Source: Malacoraja senta (Eukaryota). Taken from it: a stretch of 64,000 nucleotides of DNA. The DNA lies in contig CM075988.1 in NCBI GenBank assembly GCA_038087875.1, positions 8,496,001 through 8,560,000 of the forward strand, written 5' to 3'. Shown piece after piece: positions 38,801 through 51,700 of the stretch. Under the pieces are notes generated by a model. The model had not been told where the DNA came from. It saw only the letters and a list, made by a program, of their open reading frames with translations, and did not search any database. Within the stretch, counting starts at the first letter, position 1. The number at the start of each line of letters is the position of its first letter. A program made the position numbers and the translations under genes.

Positions 38801-38966
38801 CATTTCCAAACCAAAGGCAACACAGTTTTAGCATTTCCAAACCAAAGGCAACACAGCTTTACTATTTCCAAACCAAAGGCAACACAGCTTTAGCATTTCC
38901 AAACCAAAGGCAACACAGCTTTAGCATTTCCAAACCAAAGGCAACACAGCTTTAGCATTTCCAAAC
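38796..38966. repeat. 31-bp minisatellite (TTTAGCATTTCCAAACCAAAGGCAACACAGC), about 5.5 copies
   Basis: Directly visible tandem array abutting the 19-bp array. Confidence 0.97.
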
Positions 38967-40254
38967 TATATTTTCAAACCACATTAAGGGCACTGACAGG
39001 TCAGTAAAACAACTCACAGTTTAGTAGACATGTGTTCAGTGTTATTCACAGCTCAGACTGAGAGACGTGACCCTCTCGCTTCCCCCATCTTGCAGAGACT
39101 AACTGAGGCACTCAACACTTCTGGGTTTTATAGTCCCTCCGGAAGGGGCGTGGCCTTCAGGAGAGAGAATCTCAACATTTTTTAAACACTAATAACTCTT
39201 TTATTTTTCATCGATGGGAAAAATCCTATTGTCCTGCACAGCGGAGGGGGACTCTGAGTAAGATGGCCAAAAATCACAGCCGTAAGTGGCAGCGTTTTTT
39301 CTAAAATCAATATACAGAACAGGAAGTGGTCAAGATCAGACTTTTAGTAATATAGATAGATATATACACACACACACACACATATATAATATACACACAT
39401 ACACACATATGCATACAAATAAACAAACAATAATAGTGCAAAAATACAAAACCAATGCCCCCACGTCTATGTAGTTCAGAGCGTATTTGGAGGTTGTAGT
39501 GTTTAATAGCTGTAGGGAAGAAGCTAGTCCTGAACCTGTACGTTCCTGCTGGATACTGACCTTTTCTGCAGTGGGCTTGCACATAGCCAATGCTATTTGT
39601 ACTCTAAATGGACAAGCCTCACCTTAACAACGAATGGCAAAGGGGTAACTCTGCCAGGGTGAGCATCTCACCAGAGGCCCAGCACAGTGATGCAGCACCA
39701 GCGGCCCAGGTTCAATCCTGACTCGGATGGTATTAGTGTAGAGTTTGCATGTTCCTCCTGGGACCATGTGGATTTCCTCCCATCAAGAGTCAAATAGTCA
39801 TACAGCATGGAAACAGGTCATTCAGCCCAACTTGCCCACACCGATCAAGATGCTCCATCTACACTAGTCATATCTGCCCACGTTTGGCCACATTTGTGAG
39901 TGATGCTTTATTATGTTAGCTGTTTTCCCAATGCAGTGTGAAGTGTAGATGGAGTCAATTGGAGGCAGGTTGGTTATTGTGTGTCGGAAGGAACTCCCGA
40001 TGCTGGTTTCTATCGAAGAAAGACACAAAATGCTGGAATAACCCAGTGGGCAGGCAGTATCTCTGGAGAAAAGGAATAGGTGGCGTTTCGGGTCAGAACC
40101 CTTCTTCAGACTGGTTTTGTGTGATGGGCTGGGCTGTGTTCACAACCCTCTGCTAGTTCCTGCAGTCTTGGGTAGAACCGTTGCCGTACCAAGCTGTGAA
40201 GGTGGACCAAGATGTTCTGGTGGATCTGACGATTGACTCATGAAATAGAAACCA

Positions 40255-40605
40255 TTCCAAAATCTGTCCCGGGAAGAGGCTACCAGGCGGACAGAGGAAA
40301 AGATTCAAGGACATCCTCAAAGTTTCCTCGAAGAGGAAATTCAACATCCCCACTGACTCCTGGAAATCCACGATTGCTGAAGAAGGGGAAGGAAAAGTGG
40401 GAGCAGATTGAGAAACTTGAGACCATGCACACAGAAGCCCTGTGTAAGTAATGGTAGGGGTGACCACCCCACACACCACCAACGCACCCAATGCCTCAAG
40501 CACTTTCAGCCCCATGTGTCAGTGGCTCCTATATTGACATCATCACTCAAAACCAGGGTGGAAGCAAGTGCTGTCCAATCCCCAACGACTGCCTAAGAAG
40601 AAGGT
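40255..40605 (+). mobile_element. RTE-clade LINE 3' fragment
   Basis: Translates GKRLPGGQRKRFKDILKVS...FNIPTDSW, characteristic of the RTE ORF C-terminus; short GAA tail. Confidence 0.75.
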
Positions 40606-43600
40606 GATTAATGACTCTGATGAAACATCATTGATTTGAAATATTATTTCTTAATTATCTCGCCATAGGTACTGCCTGACCCCTATAATTTTCCAAGTTT
40701 AGTTGAGATGTTTAAGATCTACAGCATTGGGTTAATTATTCCACGTGAGAAGTATTTCCTGACATCAGACCTAAATTTGCCTTTTACTACTGTGAATTTT
40801 CTTTGTTAGTAGTTTTCTACGCTGTGCTTCATGCAGCTTGCGCTAACGTACCTGTGATCATCTCTCTCACTCTCTAAGGCTGATATGCTTCTTTGCCTCC
40901 AGCTCGTAACGCTCTCCTCAGACTCTGGCAATTGACCACATTCATCTTCTCTGTCTTCCTTCTGGCATTTGATCCTTACCCAAAGGGCAGGGTTTGGAGC
41001 TGGAAGCCTTCTCCGTGACCCGAGAACCATCTGGCTGAGAAAAGGACAACAATTGACTGGATAGCAAGCAAAAAAAAAAAGCTTTTTACTGCATCTCGGT
41101 ACACATGACAATAAACTCAACAAAACGAAACTATTAGACATTGATCCTGTGGATATATCCGATGATCCTTAGGCATAAAATGCATTTTCCAATTTGGCTT
41201 TTAGTTCAGTGGAACGTAGAATATAAGAAATTGAACCAGGAATAGGTCATTAGGCCCCTTGAACCTGCTGCTGGCTGATCTTTAAGCACAGTCACATTTC
41301 TGCACTAACCTCTTATTTATTGTTTACCTTAATATTTAAACATCTATCAATCACAGCAGCTCGCTCTTGTCCCCTTCCCCTTTCTCCTGCCCTCTCCTGC
41401 TCCCTCTGTCTGTCCCCTTCCCCTCCTGCCCTCTCCTTCGTCCTGCCCCTTCCCCTTCCCCCTCCCCATCTCCTGCCCCCCTCCCCCTCCCCATCTCCTG
41501 CCCCCCTCCCGCTCCCCCTCCTTTGCTCCTGCCCCCCCCTCCTTCACTCCGAGGAGCCAAGATATCGTCCCAAAAAGTTGGCCTGGGAAGTCGGCGATCG
41601 GAATGGACCTGCTGGCTCTAGCCGGGCCGGAGTTCCAGAGCCCCGGCTGCAGGGGGCAAATTCGATCTGCCGACTGACAGTGGTAGTCGCGATGAGGTCG
41701 AGATCAGCCGCCTCACCCGGCCTGGGCACCACATTTTCAGCGGGACATCTGGGGGGAGTTCACGTGCACTCTCGTAATTTTGTCCGGATTACAGGAGGTT
41801 CCGGACCACCCGTTGCCGGATAATCAGTGGTGGACGTACTTGAAAGGAAAACTTTGGCAGGGAGTCATGATGGGTTCCATTCACAAACTCCTTTCTCCAA
41901 CCACCTCAGCCAGACTTCCAACCATTAGCTCTCTTTGTTTCTCCATGCTAGCCCTCCTGAGCTAACTCTAACTCTCCATGCTCTCCCGATATTAACCTCC
42001 ACAACTCTAGTGAACATGTTTCCACCTAAAATGGCGCTGAACTCTAGAATTCTTTTGTCACTCATGCCCTCCTTTATAAAGCTCCTTAAACCAATCTCCC
42101 TGGCCATGCCTGTTCTCTTTCCATCTTTACCTGTGACTTCATGTCCAATTTTATCATTCTCTTTGTTAGTTAATATTCCCTGCTGTGTGCCTGGAGAAAT
42201 GTGTGAAGATGAAGGGTGCCATGTATCTGCAAGTTGTTGTTGCACAATCGAGCTGTGGGAGAGGAAAGATTCGTTCAGCACTTTTTAAACTGGACGCAGC
42301 CTGTTTTAAACTGAACGGCCTGCTTCTGTGTCATGATCGAAGAACTGCCTCGCAGCTGAGCTGATGAACCCACTGAATGAATTTTCAATTAAATGGTACC
42401 CGCTTGAATGTCGTGTGCTGTATCTGGAATGAGATCTGAGACTCATTATTCTTTGCCCAGTGCAGCACCTGGATAAAGGTGGTGGGTTCTGGTTATGGAG
42501 AAGTGTGATTAGGTCTCTCTGTGTGTACGTGCCTGGAATGTGTTGTGAACCTTCATCACCTCTTGCCTTTATTTTATTACCTGGCTTGAAGGATTCAGCA
42601 GCTTTGCAGGCGTGCTGTGGCCCAATTCATTGAGCATTTTAATGAGGTGATGGCGAAATACTGAGTGCAATCGATTCAAGCAGCAAACCTGGGAGTGTGT
42701 AGAAACAAGGAACTGCAGATGCTGGTTTACAAAGAGGGACACAATGTGCTGGAGTATCTCAGTGGGTCAGGCAGCATCTCTAGAGAAAATGGCTCAGCGA
42801 TGGATAGGTGTACAATAGAGTGCATATTGACCAGTTGCATCATGGCCTGGTTCAGCAACTTGAACACCCAGGAGCAAAGAAGATTGCAAAAAGTGGTGAA
42901 CACTGCCCCTTCCCCCTCCATCATGGGTACTGACCTCCCCACCATCAAAGGGATCTAGAGGAGTCACTGCCTCAAAAAGACAGCCAGCAGCATCAGAGAG
43001 CCACACCACCCTGGCTACACACAAATGTCATATATATATATATATATATATAACGTGTAATAAGGAAATGCAGATGCTGGTTTAAACCGAAGAGAGACAC
43101 AAAAGAAGGGTCTCGACCCAAAACTTCACCCATTCCTTCTCTCCAGAGATGCTGCCTGTCTCGCTGAGTTACTCCAGCTTTTTGTGTCTATCTTCATAAT
43201 ATATATATGTACACACACTCAACTTTATATTTTATTTATTATATTGTTTGCAGATTACTTATGTTTACATATTCTGCTGTGCTGCTGCAAGTAAGAGTTT
43301 CTTTCTTCTGTCTGCAACATATGACATTAAAACACTCTTGACGACTCTTGACTCTTGTTTCAGGTTGGGGAAGACTGCTTATAGGGGTGGGGGAAAGAAA
43401 GCTGGAAGAGAGGAGGGGCAAGTCAAAACGTGGTGGGTAGAGTAGGAGAGCAGCAGGAATAACAGAGGGCGTGCAGTGAGAGAGGGTCTCACAGAATTCC
43501 CGTCGGAGAGAGAGGGGGAACTTCTTCAATGTAGGCATATCTTGGGGAAATTTCACAGTTGAGAATTCAAAATGTAGAAACAAAGCAATGCAGAGGCTGG

Positions 43601-45244
43601 TTTACAAAGGACACAAAGTGCCGGAGTAACTCAGCGGGTCAGGCAGCATCCCTATAGAGTATGGATGGCATGGAATGATGAATCTGAAGTGGAATAAGAT
43701 GCACTTCAAAACTAAGGGGGGGGGGGGTAGGGAGAGAGTAGGGCAGCACAGTGGCACAGCAGGCAAAGTTATGAACAGAAGCAGGACCTTCAGCCCACTG
43801 ACCATCATCCATCCAGATACACTGATCTCATTTTGTGCTCCCCATGTTGCCAACATCACCCCCAAGTTCTGGCACTCGTCTACACACGAGAGGCGATTTA
43901 CGGGGAGTAGTTTCCCAAACAGCAGGTCTGTGGGATTTGGGAGTACCTGGTAGATATCTGCACGGTCACAGAGTAGGTGAACATTTCACACAGACTGCAC
44001 CGGGGGTCAAGATGCCGGAGCCATGAGGCAGCTGCTCTACCTGCTGCACCACTGTGCCGTCCCACCATTACATACAATGACTTATTCCAGGACCTGTGGC
44101 ATCATCTAAATCAAAGTATCACGAAGCTGTATAAATGATGGAATAGCAGGTAACATTCCAGTGGCAGCAAGATGAATAAATTAACAAAGGTTAATAACAG
44201 AGGTTAATAAGAGGTCTGAAGAAGGGCCCCGACCCGAAATGTTGCCTATCCATGTTCTCCAGTGATGCTGGCTGACCTGATGAGTTACTCCAGCACTTGG
44301 TGCCTTTTTTGGTAAACCAGCATCTGCAGTTCCTTGTGTCTCCAAATTAACAAAAGTACTGTGTAACACAATGTTATTTTTTCTATTGAAGTGCAAAATG
44401 ACAAGGATAAAAAAGAAGTAGAATTCTATTAGTTATCTGCATTTTTAGCCTTTAGAGAAATAAGTTTGGCAAAAGGCATAGTGAAAGTGCACACCTCCAG
44501 ATTCAGGGACAGATTCTTCCCAGCTGTTATCAGGCAACTGAACCATCCTATCACGAACTAGAGATCCTCGGACTATCTTTGATCGGACTTTACTGGCTTT
44601 ATCTTGTACTGGACGTTATTCACGTTATTCCCTTTATCATGTATCTGTGCCCTGTGGATGGTCAATGGTAATCATGTATTGGACAGTGGAGGCCAAATCA
44701 CTGGATGGATTTAAGAGAGAGTTAGATAGAGCTCTAGGGGCTAGTGGAATCAAGGGATATGGGGAAAAGGCAGGCACGGGTTATTGATAGGGGACTATCA
44801 GCCATGATCACAATGAATGGCGGTGCTGGCTCGAAGGGCCGAATGGCCTCCTCCTGCAACTATTTTCTATGTCTCTCTGCTGACTAGTTAGCATGCAACA
44901 AAATCTTTTCACTGTATTTTGGTACTCGGGAAAATAAACTACTCAAACTCAAGTGTTCACAAAGATGTGCAAGGTTAAAGATACATGGGCTTGAATTTGT
45001 TCTGCATGTAGTCTAATGGTTGATTAATTTCCCCCTGAACCCACAGCTCAAAAGACCTTTGAGCCCAAAGTTGGTGGAAATGTGAGTCAATTCTAGGTCA
45101 AAGGCAGCGGGCATCTGAGTTCAGGGAGGACAGGGTATCGCCTTGACTAACGGTGGCAGGACTGAGAAGGAAGGTTAAACCTGAGAGAAAGGGGTTAAAT
45201 AGTCTCCCACAACAATTTTGCTGCTCCTGGTCATCCACAGGAGT

Positions 45245-45480
45245 CCGCGGCGACCAGCGATCCCCGCATACACTATGCTACAAACTAGGGCCAATTTTAA
45301 ATTATACCCAGCCGAATAAACCTACAAACCTACACGTCTTTGGAGTATGGGAGGAAACTGGAGCACCCAGGGAAAATCCACGCAGGTCACGGGGGGAACG
45401 TACAACTCCGTACAGACGACACCCAAAGTCAGGATGGAACCCGGGTGTCTGGTGATGTAAGGCAGCAACTCTACCGCTGC
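45245..45480 (-). mobile_element. tRNA-derived SINE
   Basis: Reverse complement of the SINE core and head. Confidence 0.82.
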
Positions 45481-46057
45481 CCTGGGAAGGGAAGGAAAGT
45501 GGACACATACCTTCAGGACGTTGTACCCTCATAGTCTTAACGATGCAATGAGTTTTTTTCCTTGAATGGTGGAAGGAGATAATTCATTTATGTTCTCTAT
45601 TGAGTACAGTGTTTACAAACCTGTTGTGCGGCTGCTGCAAGTAAGAGTTTCATTGTCCCATTTTCAGTACGTACGACAATAAAACACTCTTGTCAATTGC
45701 ACCACAGGGGACTCCTTGCTGCAGAAGCACACATTGAAAAGCTATTGACACTGCAATCAGCAGCACACAAAGTGCCTGAGTAACTCAGCAGGACAGTTAG
45801 TATCTGTGGAGGGAATGGGCAGACGATGTTTTGGGTCGGCACCTTTCTTCAGTCCCGACCCAAAAACATCGTCTCTGCGTTTCCTTCACAGATGCTGCCT
45901 GACCCACTGAGTAACTCCAACACTTTGTGCTTTGTTCAGAATTCCAGCATCTGCAGGTCTTTATACCTTCATGCACATTGCAATGATATTTGAGAGGAGC
46001 ACAATTGTAGAATATCAACATGTACTGTAAGTCACACAGCCTAACTGGAGGGGAAAG

Positions 46058-46277
46058 ATGTTTAAGAAAGAACTGCAGATGCTGGAAAAATCGAAGGTAG
46101 AAAAAAAGTGCTGGAGAAACTCAGCGGGTGAGGCAGCATCTATGGAGAGAAGGAATTGGAGACGTTTCAGGTTGAGACCCTTCTTCAAGAAGGGTCTCGA
46201 CCCGAAACGTCGCCAATTCCTTCTCTCCATAGATGCTGCCTCACCCACTGAAATTCTCCGGCATTTTTTGTCTACCT
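46058..46277. repeat. Palindromic Penelope-derived repeat (hairpin, ~90-bp arms)
   Basis: ...GAGACCCTTCTTC-A-AGAAGGGTCTCGACCCGAAACGTC... with arms that are reverse complements around about 46187. Confidence 0.85.
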
Positions 46278-46429
46278 TGGAGGGAAAATATGCTGTGTGA
46301 TATAATTCACGAGTATCTTCATTTAATTTCTAAGTAAGGGGATTTTTTTTTTTTAGATAAGTAGTTTCAGATTTCCTGCATTGTGGCATTTTGCATCATC
46401 ATATATATTTGTCACTGATTTTACCAAAA

Positions 46430-47230
46430 GGACAAAGGACAAAGGACATTTATTGTCACATACACCAATTGGTGCAGTGAAATTTGAGTTACCATGCAGC
46501 ACACAGATAAGACAAACACAACACTGTAGAATTTAACATAAAACATAAAACATCCGCCACAGCGGAATCAACGTTTCCCACTGTGAGGGAAGGCAATAAA
46601 AATTCAGTCCTCTTCCTCTTGTTCACCCGTGGTCAGGGCCTATTTGAGGCCTCCGCAGTCGCCACTACGGACGGCCCGATGTTTCAGGCCCTCTCGCCGG
46701 GATAATGGAACTCCGGCGTCGGAAGAACACTCTCAGCGGCTTGGAGTGTCCGAATCGGCCGCTTCCTACCGGAGACCGCGGCTCCCGAAATCCACAGGCC
46801 GAGCTGGGCGGAACTCCAACACTGGCGACCTCGGCGAAGGATCCCAGGCCTCCGCGATGTTAAAGTCAGCACCGCCCGCAGCTGGATGCTCCGCAGACCA
46901 CAGCTCCACGGTGTTAAAGTCGGCAGTCCCAGCACTCCGGAGCGCCACACGGCGACCTCGGTAAGGCATCGGCCGCTCTGCGATGGTACCTCAGTGCTGC
47001 GGCGCCGCTGAAGCTGAAGCTCCGGCAGTAAAGGCCACGCCAATCCAGATGGTAGGCCGCGAGGAGGGGGCGAACATGCAGCTCGGATAAAGACGCATCC
47101 TCGAGCAGGTACCGACTGTGAAAAACAGTTTCCCCCCCCACATAAGAAGACTAAAAGACCTCCAAAACAAAACTTTTTGTCGGACTAAAAATTAAAAAAA
47201 AGGATGAAAGTACAAACAGCTGCAGGCGAG
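46430..47230 (-). mobile_element. GC-rich non-coding retroposon with a LINE-like 3' tail
   Basis: The minus strand ends AATAAA-(TGTCCTT)n and the body is CpG-rich. A related shorter copy is at about 49372-49655. Confidence 0.6.
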
Positions 47231-47624
47231 TTTCAAATGTTACACCAAAGTTCTTTTAAAGTAAATACCGTAACTGCAGAGTCAACTGGACAGAACCTTT
47301 TCGTCTGGAATTTGATCAGGTCTTATAGATGGAGATCGGTTGATCTATTGCTCCTTGGAGAAGTTGACTAATTAGTTTCACGGTCTTATTTCACCTTGCC
47401 CTGAAAACGTTTCCTTGCGACTACATATCCAGTACTTCTGAAAGTTCCCATTGAAAGCTATTCTGTTAACTTTTAGGAGACTCCTTTCCCACACACTGTA
47501 AATTTGTTTCTGGGATGTGAGCATTGCTGCAAGGTCCCTGGTCATTGTGATGAGAAGATGGTGGCAAGGCATGAATAACAGTAGTTCATTAGGTGATGGC
47601 GCTCCCACTGTGATGTTATTCCTA

Positions 47625-47989
47625 TGGGCCTGTCCCATTTAGGCGACTTTTTAGGCGCCTGCAGGAGACTATGCGGTCACCACATGTTCGCGGGTGGTTG
47701 CTGGGGAGTCGCCTTCATGGTCGTGAGGTGTTCCCGCATTCTGGGAACTAGTCGGGGCCTCATTATGGCCGTTGCAAATTTTTCAACATGGAGAGTAGCG
47801 AGAATTCTCGTGCCGTAGGGGCAGTGGTAGTGGGTTGTCGAAAGTTGTCGTAGGTTCTCGTAGGTTGTAGCTGGTGATGACCGGTGAATTTCATTGGCTG
47901 TGTGTGTGTTCCACTCTGACAGTCACCGTTCCAGTCACCGGTTTTTCAGGCATGGTTGCCTGAAAAATCGCCTAAGTGGGACAGGCCCA
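47625..47989. mobile_element. PIF/Harbinger-type MITE, family A, internally deleted copy
   Basis: Same TIRs and body as 846-1621 with internal deletions. Right flank is TAA, left flank is CTA. Confidence 0.85.
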
Positions 47990-48449
47990 TAAGTATCCTG
48001 CACGGAACTCTGTGCTGCGGTTTAATTTGCAGTTTATTCTCTGATGGAGAGACTTTAAACATAATCTGACAAGATGTGATTTACCCGATGGCAGTTATCT
48101 GACGAATGAAAATGTTCAGTCTATCGCCGAGGTGAAGAAAGCAAACCATATTGATTGGCTTGATGTAATTTGCATTGGTTTATGACAGGTGGGAACAAGT
48201 ACTTCATTACTATTGTTCCCAATAAGAAGGTTGAATGATATAAATAATTGAATCCAGACAGCCATACTGAAAACCAAGTGGAAATTCTTTTCATTACTTT
48301 CATGCTCATTCCATTTTTCTTCAACCACCTCCGCTCTCCACTGTTAACACTTTCAGAGTTACAATCTTGGTAAACCCTGTGCCTGATACAAATCCTCACA
48401 GTAATGGTGGCCACGTGATGATGTTACTCTCACTCAGGATGCTGGAACT

Positions 48450-48742
48450 TAGGGTAGCACAGTGATTCAGCAGTATTTGTCCTCTTGCGCTAGAGTCCTG
48501 GGTTTGATCGTAACTACCGGTGCTGTCTGCACGGAGTTCTCCCTGTGGCCACGTGGGTTTTCTCCGGGTACTTTGGTTTCCTCTCACATCCCAAAGATGT
48601 GCAGGCTTGTAGGCTAATTGAATTCTGTAAATTGTCCCTCGTGTGTACGATAGATTTAGTGGTATTGGTGATCGCTAGTCAGCATGGCGAGCTGAAGGGC
48701 CTAATTCCATGCTGTATCTCTAAACTAAACTAAACTAAACTA
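48450..48742 (+). mobile_element. tRNA-derived SINE
   Basis: Head, core and (CTAAA)n tail. Confidence 0.82.
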
Positions 48743-51700
48743 GAGGAAGAAATTCTTGTTTACTGGTTGTTATGTAATTCGTAGAAACAAGGAACTGCAG
48801 TGCTGTTTTACACAAGAGGACATAGAATGCTGGAGTAACTCAGCGGGTCAGGGAGCATCTCACGAGAACATGGGTTGGTGACGTTTTGGGTCAGGACCCT
48901 TCTTCGTGGGGAAGAGAGGAGAGGAAAGCTGGGAAAGAAGAGGGGCAGGTCAAAGCCTAGCAGATAATAGGTGGATGCAAGCAAGGCTTTTTTTTGACAG
49001 GCGGATGATTTTAACAAAGGCCAGAGACAAAACCAGGAGCATGCGACAGTTGGATTGAGGAGTTGCAAATTGTAAAGCGGTCTACTCCGTACAATGGGAC
49101 CACCACCATTGCTTTACAGCAGAGTGTGTAAACTTCAACTTCCAGATTCATGTTTCAAGAGAGTTAGATTTAGCTCTTACGATTAACAGAATCAAGGGAT
49201 ATGGGGAAAAAGTGGGGTACTGATTTTGGATGATCAGCCATGATAATATGGAATGGCGGTGCTGGCTCGAAGGGCCGAATGGCCTACTCCTAAACCTATT
49301 TTCTATGTTTCTATGTTTCAAACAGCGTTCAAGAATGTGACCAGGTTCAACAATGGCAAATAAAGTTGGATTAGTCAAGTCAAGTCAAGTTTTATTCGTC
49401 ACTTGCACATAAAGTGCAAGTGAAATGAATTTGCCAGCAGCGATACAATAAAAAAAGAATACACAATACACAATAAAAATTTACACAAACATCCACCACA
49501 GCATTCATCACTGTGGTGGAAGGCACAAAAATTGGCCATTCCTCCTCCATTTTTCCCCGTGGTCGGGACCTCAACCCTCCGCAGTCACCGCTGCGGGCGT
49601 CCAGATGTTCAGACAAGGTAAGTCCAGATAAGTCCTGAATCGGTGCTTCCCCACCATCAGGGTCAACTGTGAAGCCCTTTGCAATGGAATAATCTACTCA
49701 CACACAAACAATTTTCAAAGACTCAGAATGCAAATGATCTTCATCACCCTCTCGTGTAGAAAGACCAGATGCTGCTGATGTGAATCTTTTTGGATTTTAG
49801 AAGAATCTTATTGGAATATATAAGATCTTTGGGCACAGCAGGCTAGATGTGTGGAAACAGGCCCTTCAATCCAACTTGCCCACACCAACCAACATGTCCC
49901 ATCTACACCAGTCCCACCTGCCTGCGTTTGGCCCACAATGCCCCTAAACCTGTCCTATCCATGTACCTGCCTAAACATTTCTTAATGGGTAGGTTGGAAC
50001 TGCAAATGCTGGTTTACATTGAAGATAGACACAAAATGCTGGAGTAACTCAATGGCACAGGCAGCATCTCTGGATAGAAGGAATGGGTGACGTTTCGGGT
50101 CAAGACCCTTCTGATGGATTGAGACTGGAGAAGGGTCTCGACCCGAAATGTCACCCATTCCTTCTCTCCAGAGATGAGTTACTCCAGCATTTTGTGTCTA
50201 TCTTATATGTTTCTTAAAGTTCTTGTGGAGGTGCTCCTCTTTTCTCGTGTGCTTCAAACAAAGAAAATACAGAACAAGAAATATTGATAGCACAAGAACA
50301 ATGCCCTGCAAACTCTTTGATCTAACGTTATATTGAAAAAGTTTCTACTGACAGAAGACAATTAGTTTAGAAAGAAAATGGTGCTGGAAACACAGACAAG
50401 CCGAGACAACAATGGGCCACTAATTGTTCAAATACTGTCTGGGTCTTTTAGACCCACAAGGGCTATGATGATATACATACTGTAAGCATGAACCATTTAG
50501 TCTTGATCCTTATTATCATATACATCCCTTGTCCGGCTAGGGCTGCTATTATGGTACGGTAAATTTAACACATACTGGAGTGTAATCTGATTGAAGTCAA
50601 CAGTTTACCTTTCAATTTTTAATGAAGTGGAATTAGTAGTTGTGAAGTGCAAGCTTAGTTTGTTAAATGGCCAAAAACTCAAGGGATGAAGGAGATTACA
50701 TCCCGAGCACATGCAATAGAATTCACAAACGCTATGTGAACACAAAGCTGAGAAAAATCAGCCCATATCAAACACCATCCATAGTTCCCTAAGTCCTGAA
50801 CAAATAGGCACTAACTGGAGAATAAACTAACAATTAGCATTTTCTGTGAAGGACATTAACTAAGTAAACAAGCCCGATGCAGATCTCCTTTACATCCTGT
50901 TTACTTGATTATGCCCTGATGGTGCTGGGTGGCGGGTTTAGGTCAGACAGAACAGTGGGCTGTAGAAAGCTCCTCCGAGCACAAATAAACCCTGTAACAC
51001 ACAATCATAAGGGGAAACAAAAGGATGGGGAATCGATCAAAGGAAATCAGAAGCTAAGACAGAGTCACACAAGTTCAACTGTGCAAGATTGAACCCCCAG
51101 CATCGAAACTATCTCAAATGTTGATCTCAGGTTATGCTGCAGCTTGTTCCACATCGAGAAAAAGTGAAAATATTTACAACAGACTTTTCTTAAGATCAGG
51201 GTATCTAAATCAGTCAGTCAGCAGACAGTCAAGTACTTTTGAAATGTACTCCCTCTCCTTCAGGTAGGAATCACAGTGGCCAATTTGCAAAGTTGGATTC
51301 TACAACGAACAATGAAATAAGTAAACCGGTCATTTGTTTTCGGTGTTGGAAGGAACTAAATCCAGGAATAAATTAACAGTTCGCCTGGGGTTCCGAAACA
51401 ATCAGTCAATGATCAAATCACTTTCTTTAATGTTCCTGTCTCACAGAGTCATCGAGCATGGAAACAGGCCCTTCAGCCAATGCCAACCAAGATGCCCCCT
51501 AAGCTATTCCCATTTGCCCATGCCTGGCCCATATCCCTCTAAACTTTTCATATCCATGTACCTGTTCAAATAACTTTTAAATGTTATTATTGTACCTGAG
51601 TTAATTACTTTATTTGGCTATCTTGATTGATTTGAACCAAATCTTTATTTAGTTAATGTGAAGGAAGGAGCAGCAGATGGTGGTTTATTCCAAAGATAGA

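Larger units (their letters stand above)
37990..39356 (-). mobile_element. Helitron-like non-autonomous composite element
   Basis: The minus strand begins A|TCTATATTACTAAAAG at 39356, and a second TCTATATAATTAAAAAG start is at 38593. Two ~310-bp direct-repeat units flank two minisatellites, and the whole is embedded in a (TA/CA)n tract. I saw no 3' hairpin-CTRR end. Confidence 0.5.
37797..39560 (-). mobile_element. LINE 3' end (Rex1/L2-like) split by the Helitron-like insertion
   Basis: The (CTCTTGA)n tail is at 37797-37812. RFRTSFFPTAIK coding remnant is at about 39500-39545. Related tails occur at 43200-43356 and 62386-62525. Confidence 0.65.

Noticed and set aside
38594..38966. CRISPR-like regular repeats
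   Set aside because: The units are head-to-tail with no unique spacers, there are no cas genes, and the context is vertebrate. These are minisatellites.
41320..41830. 167-aa proline-rich ORF
   Set aside because: It derives from a polypyrimidine low-complexity tract plus a probable MITE fragment.
48116..48414. Overlapping minus-strand ORFs of 70 and 97 aa in unique sequence
   Set aside because: No recognisable homology or convincing exon structure.
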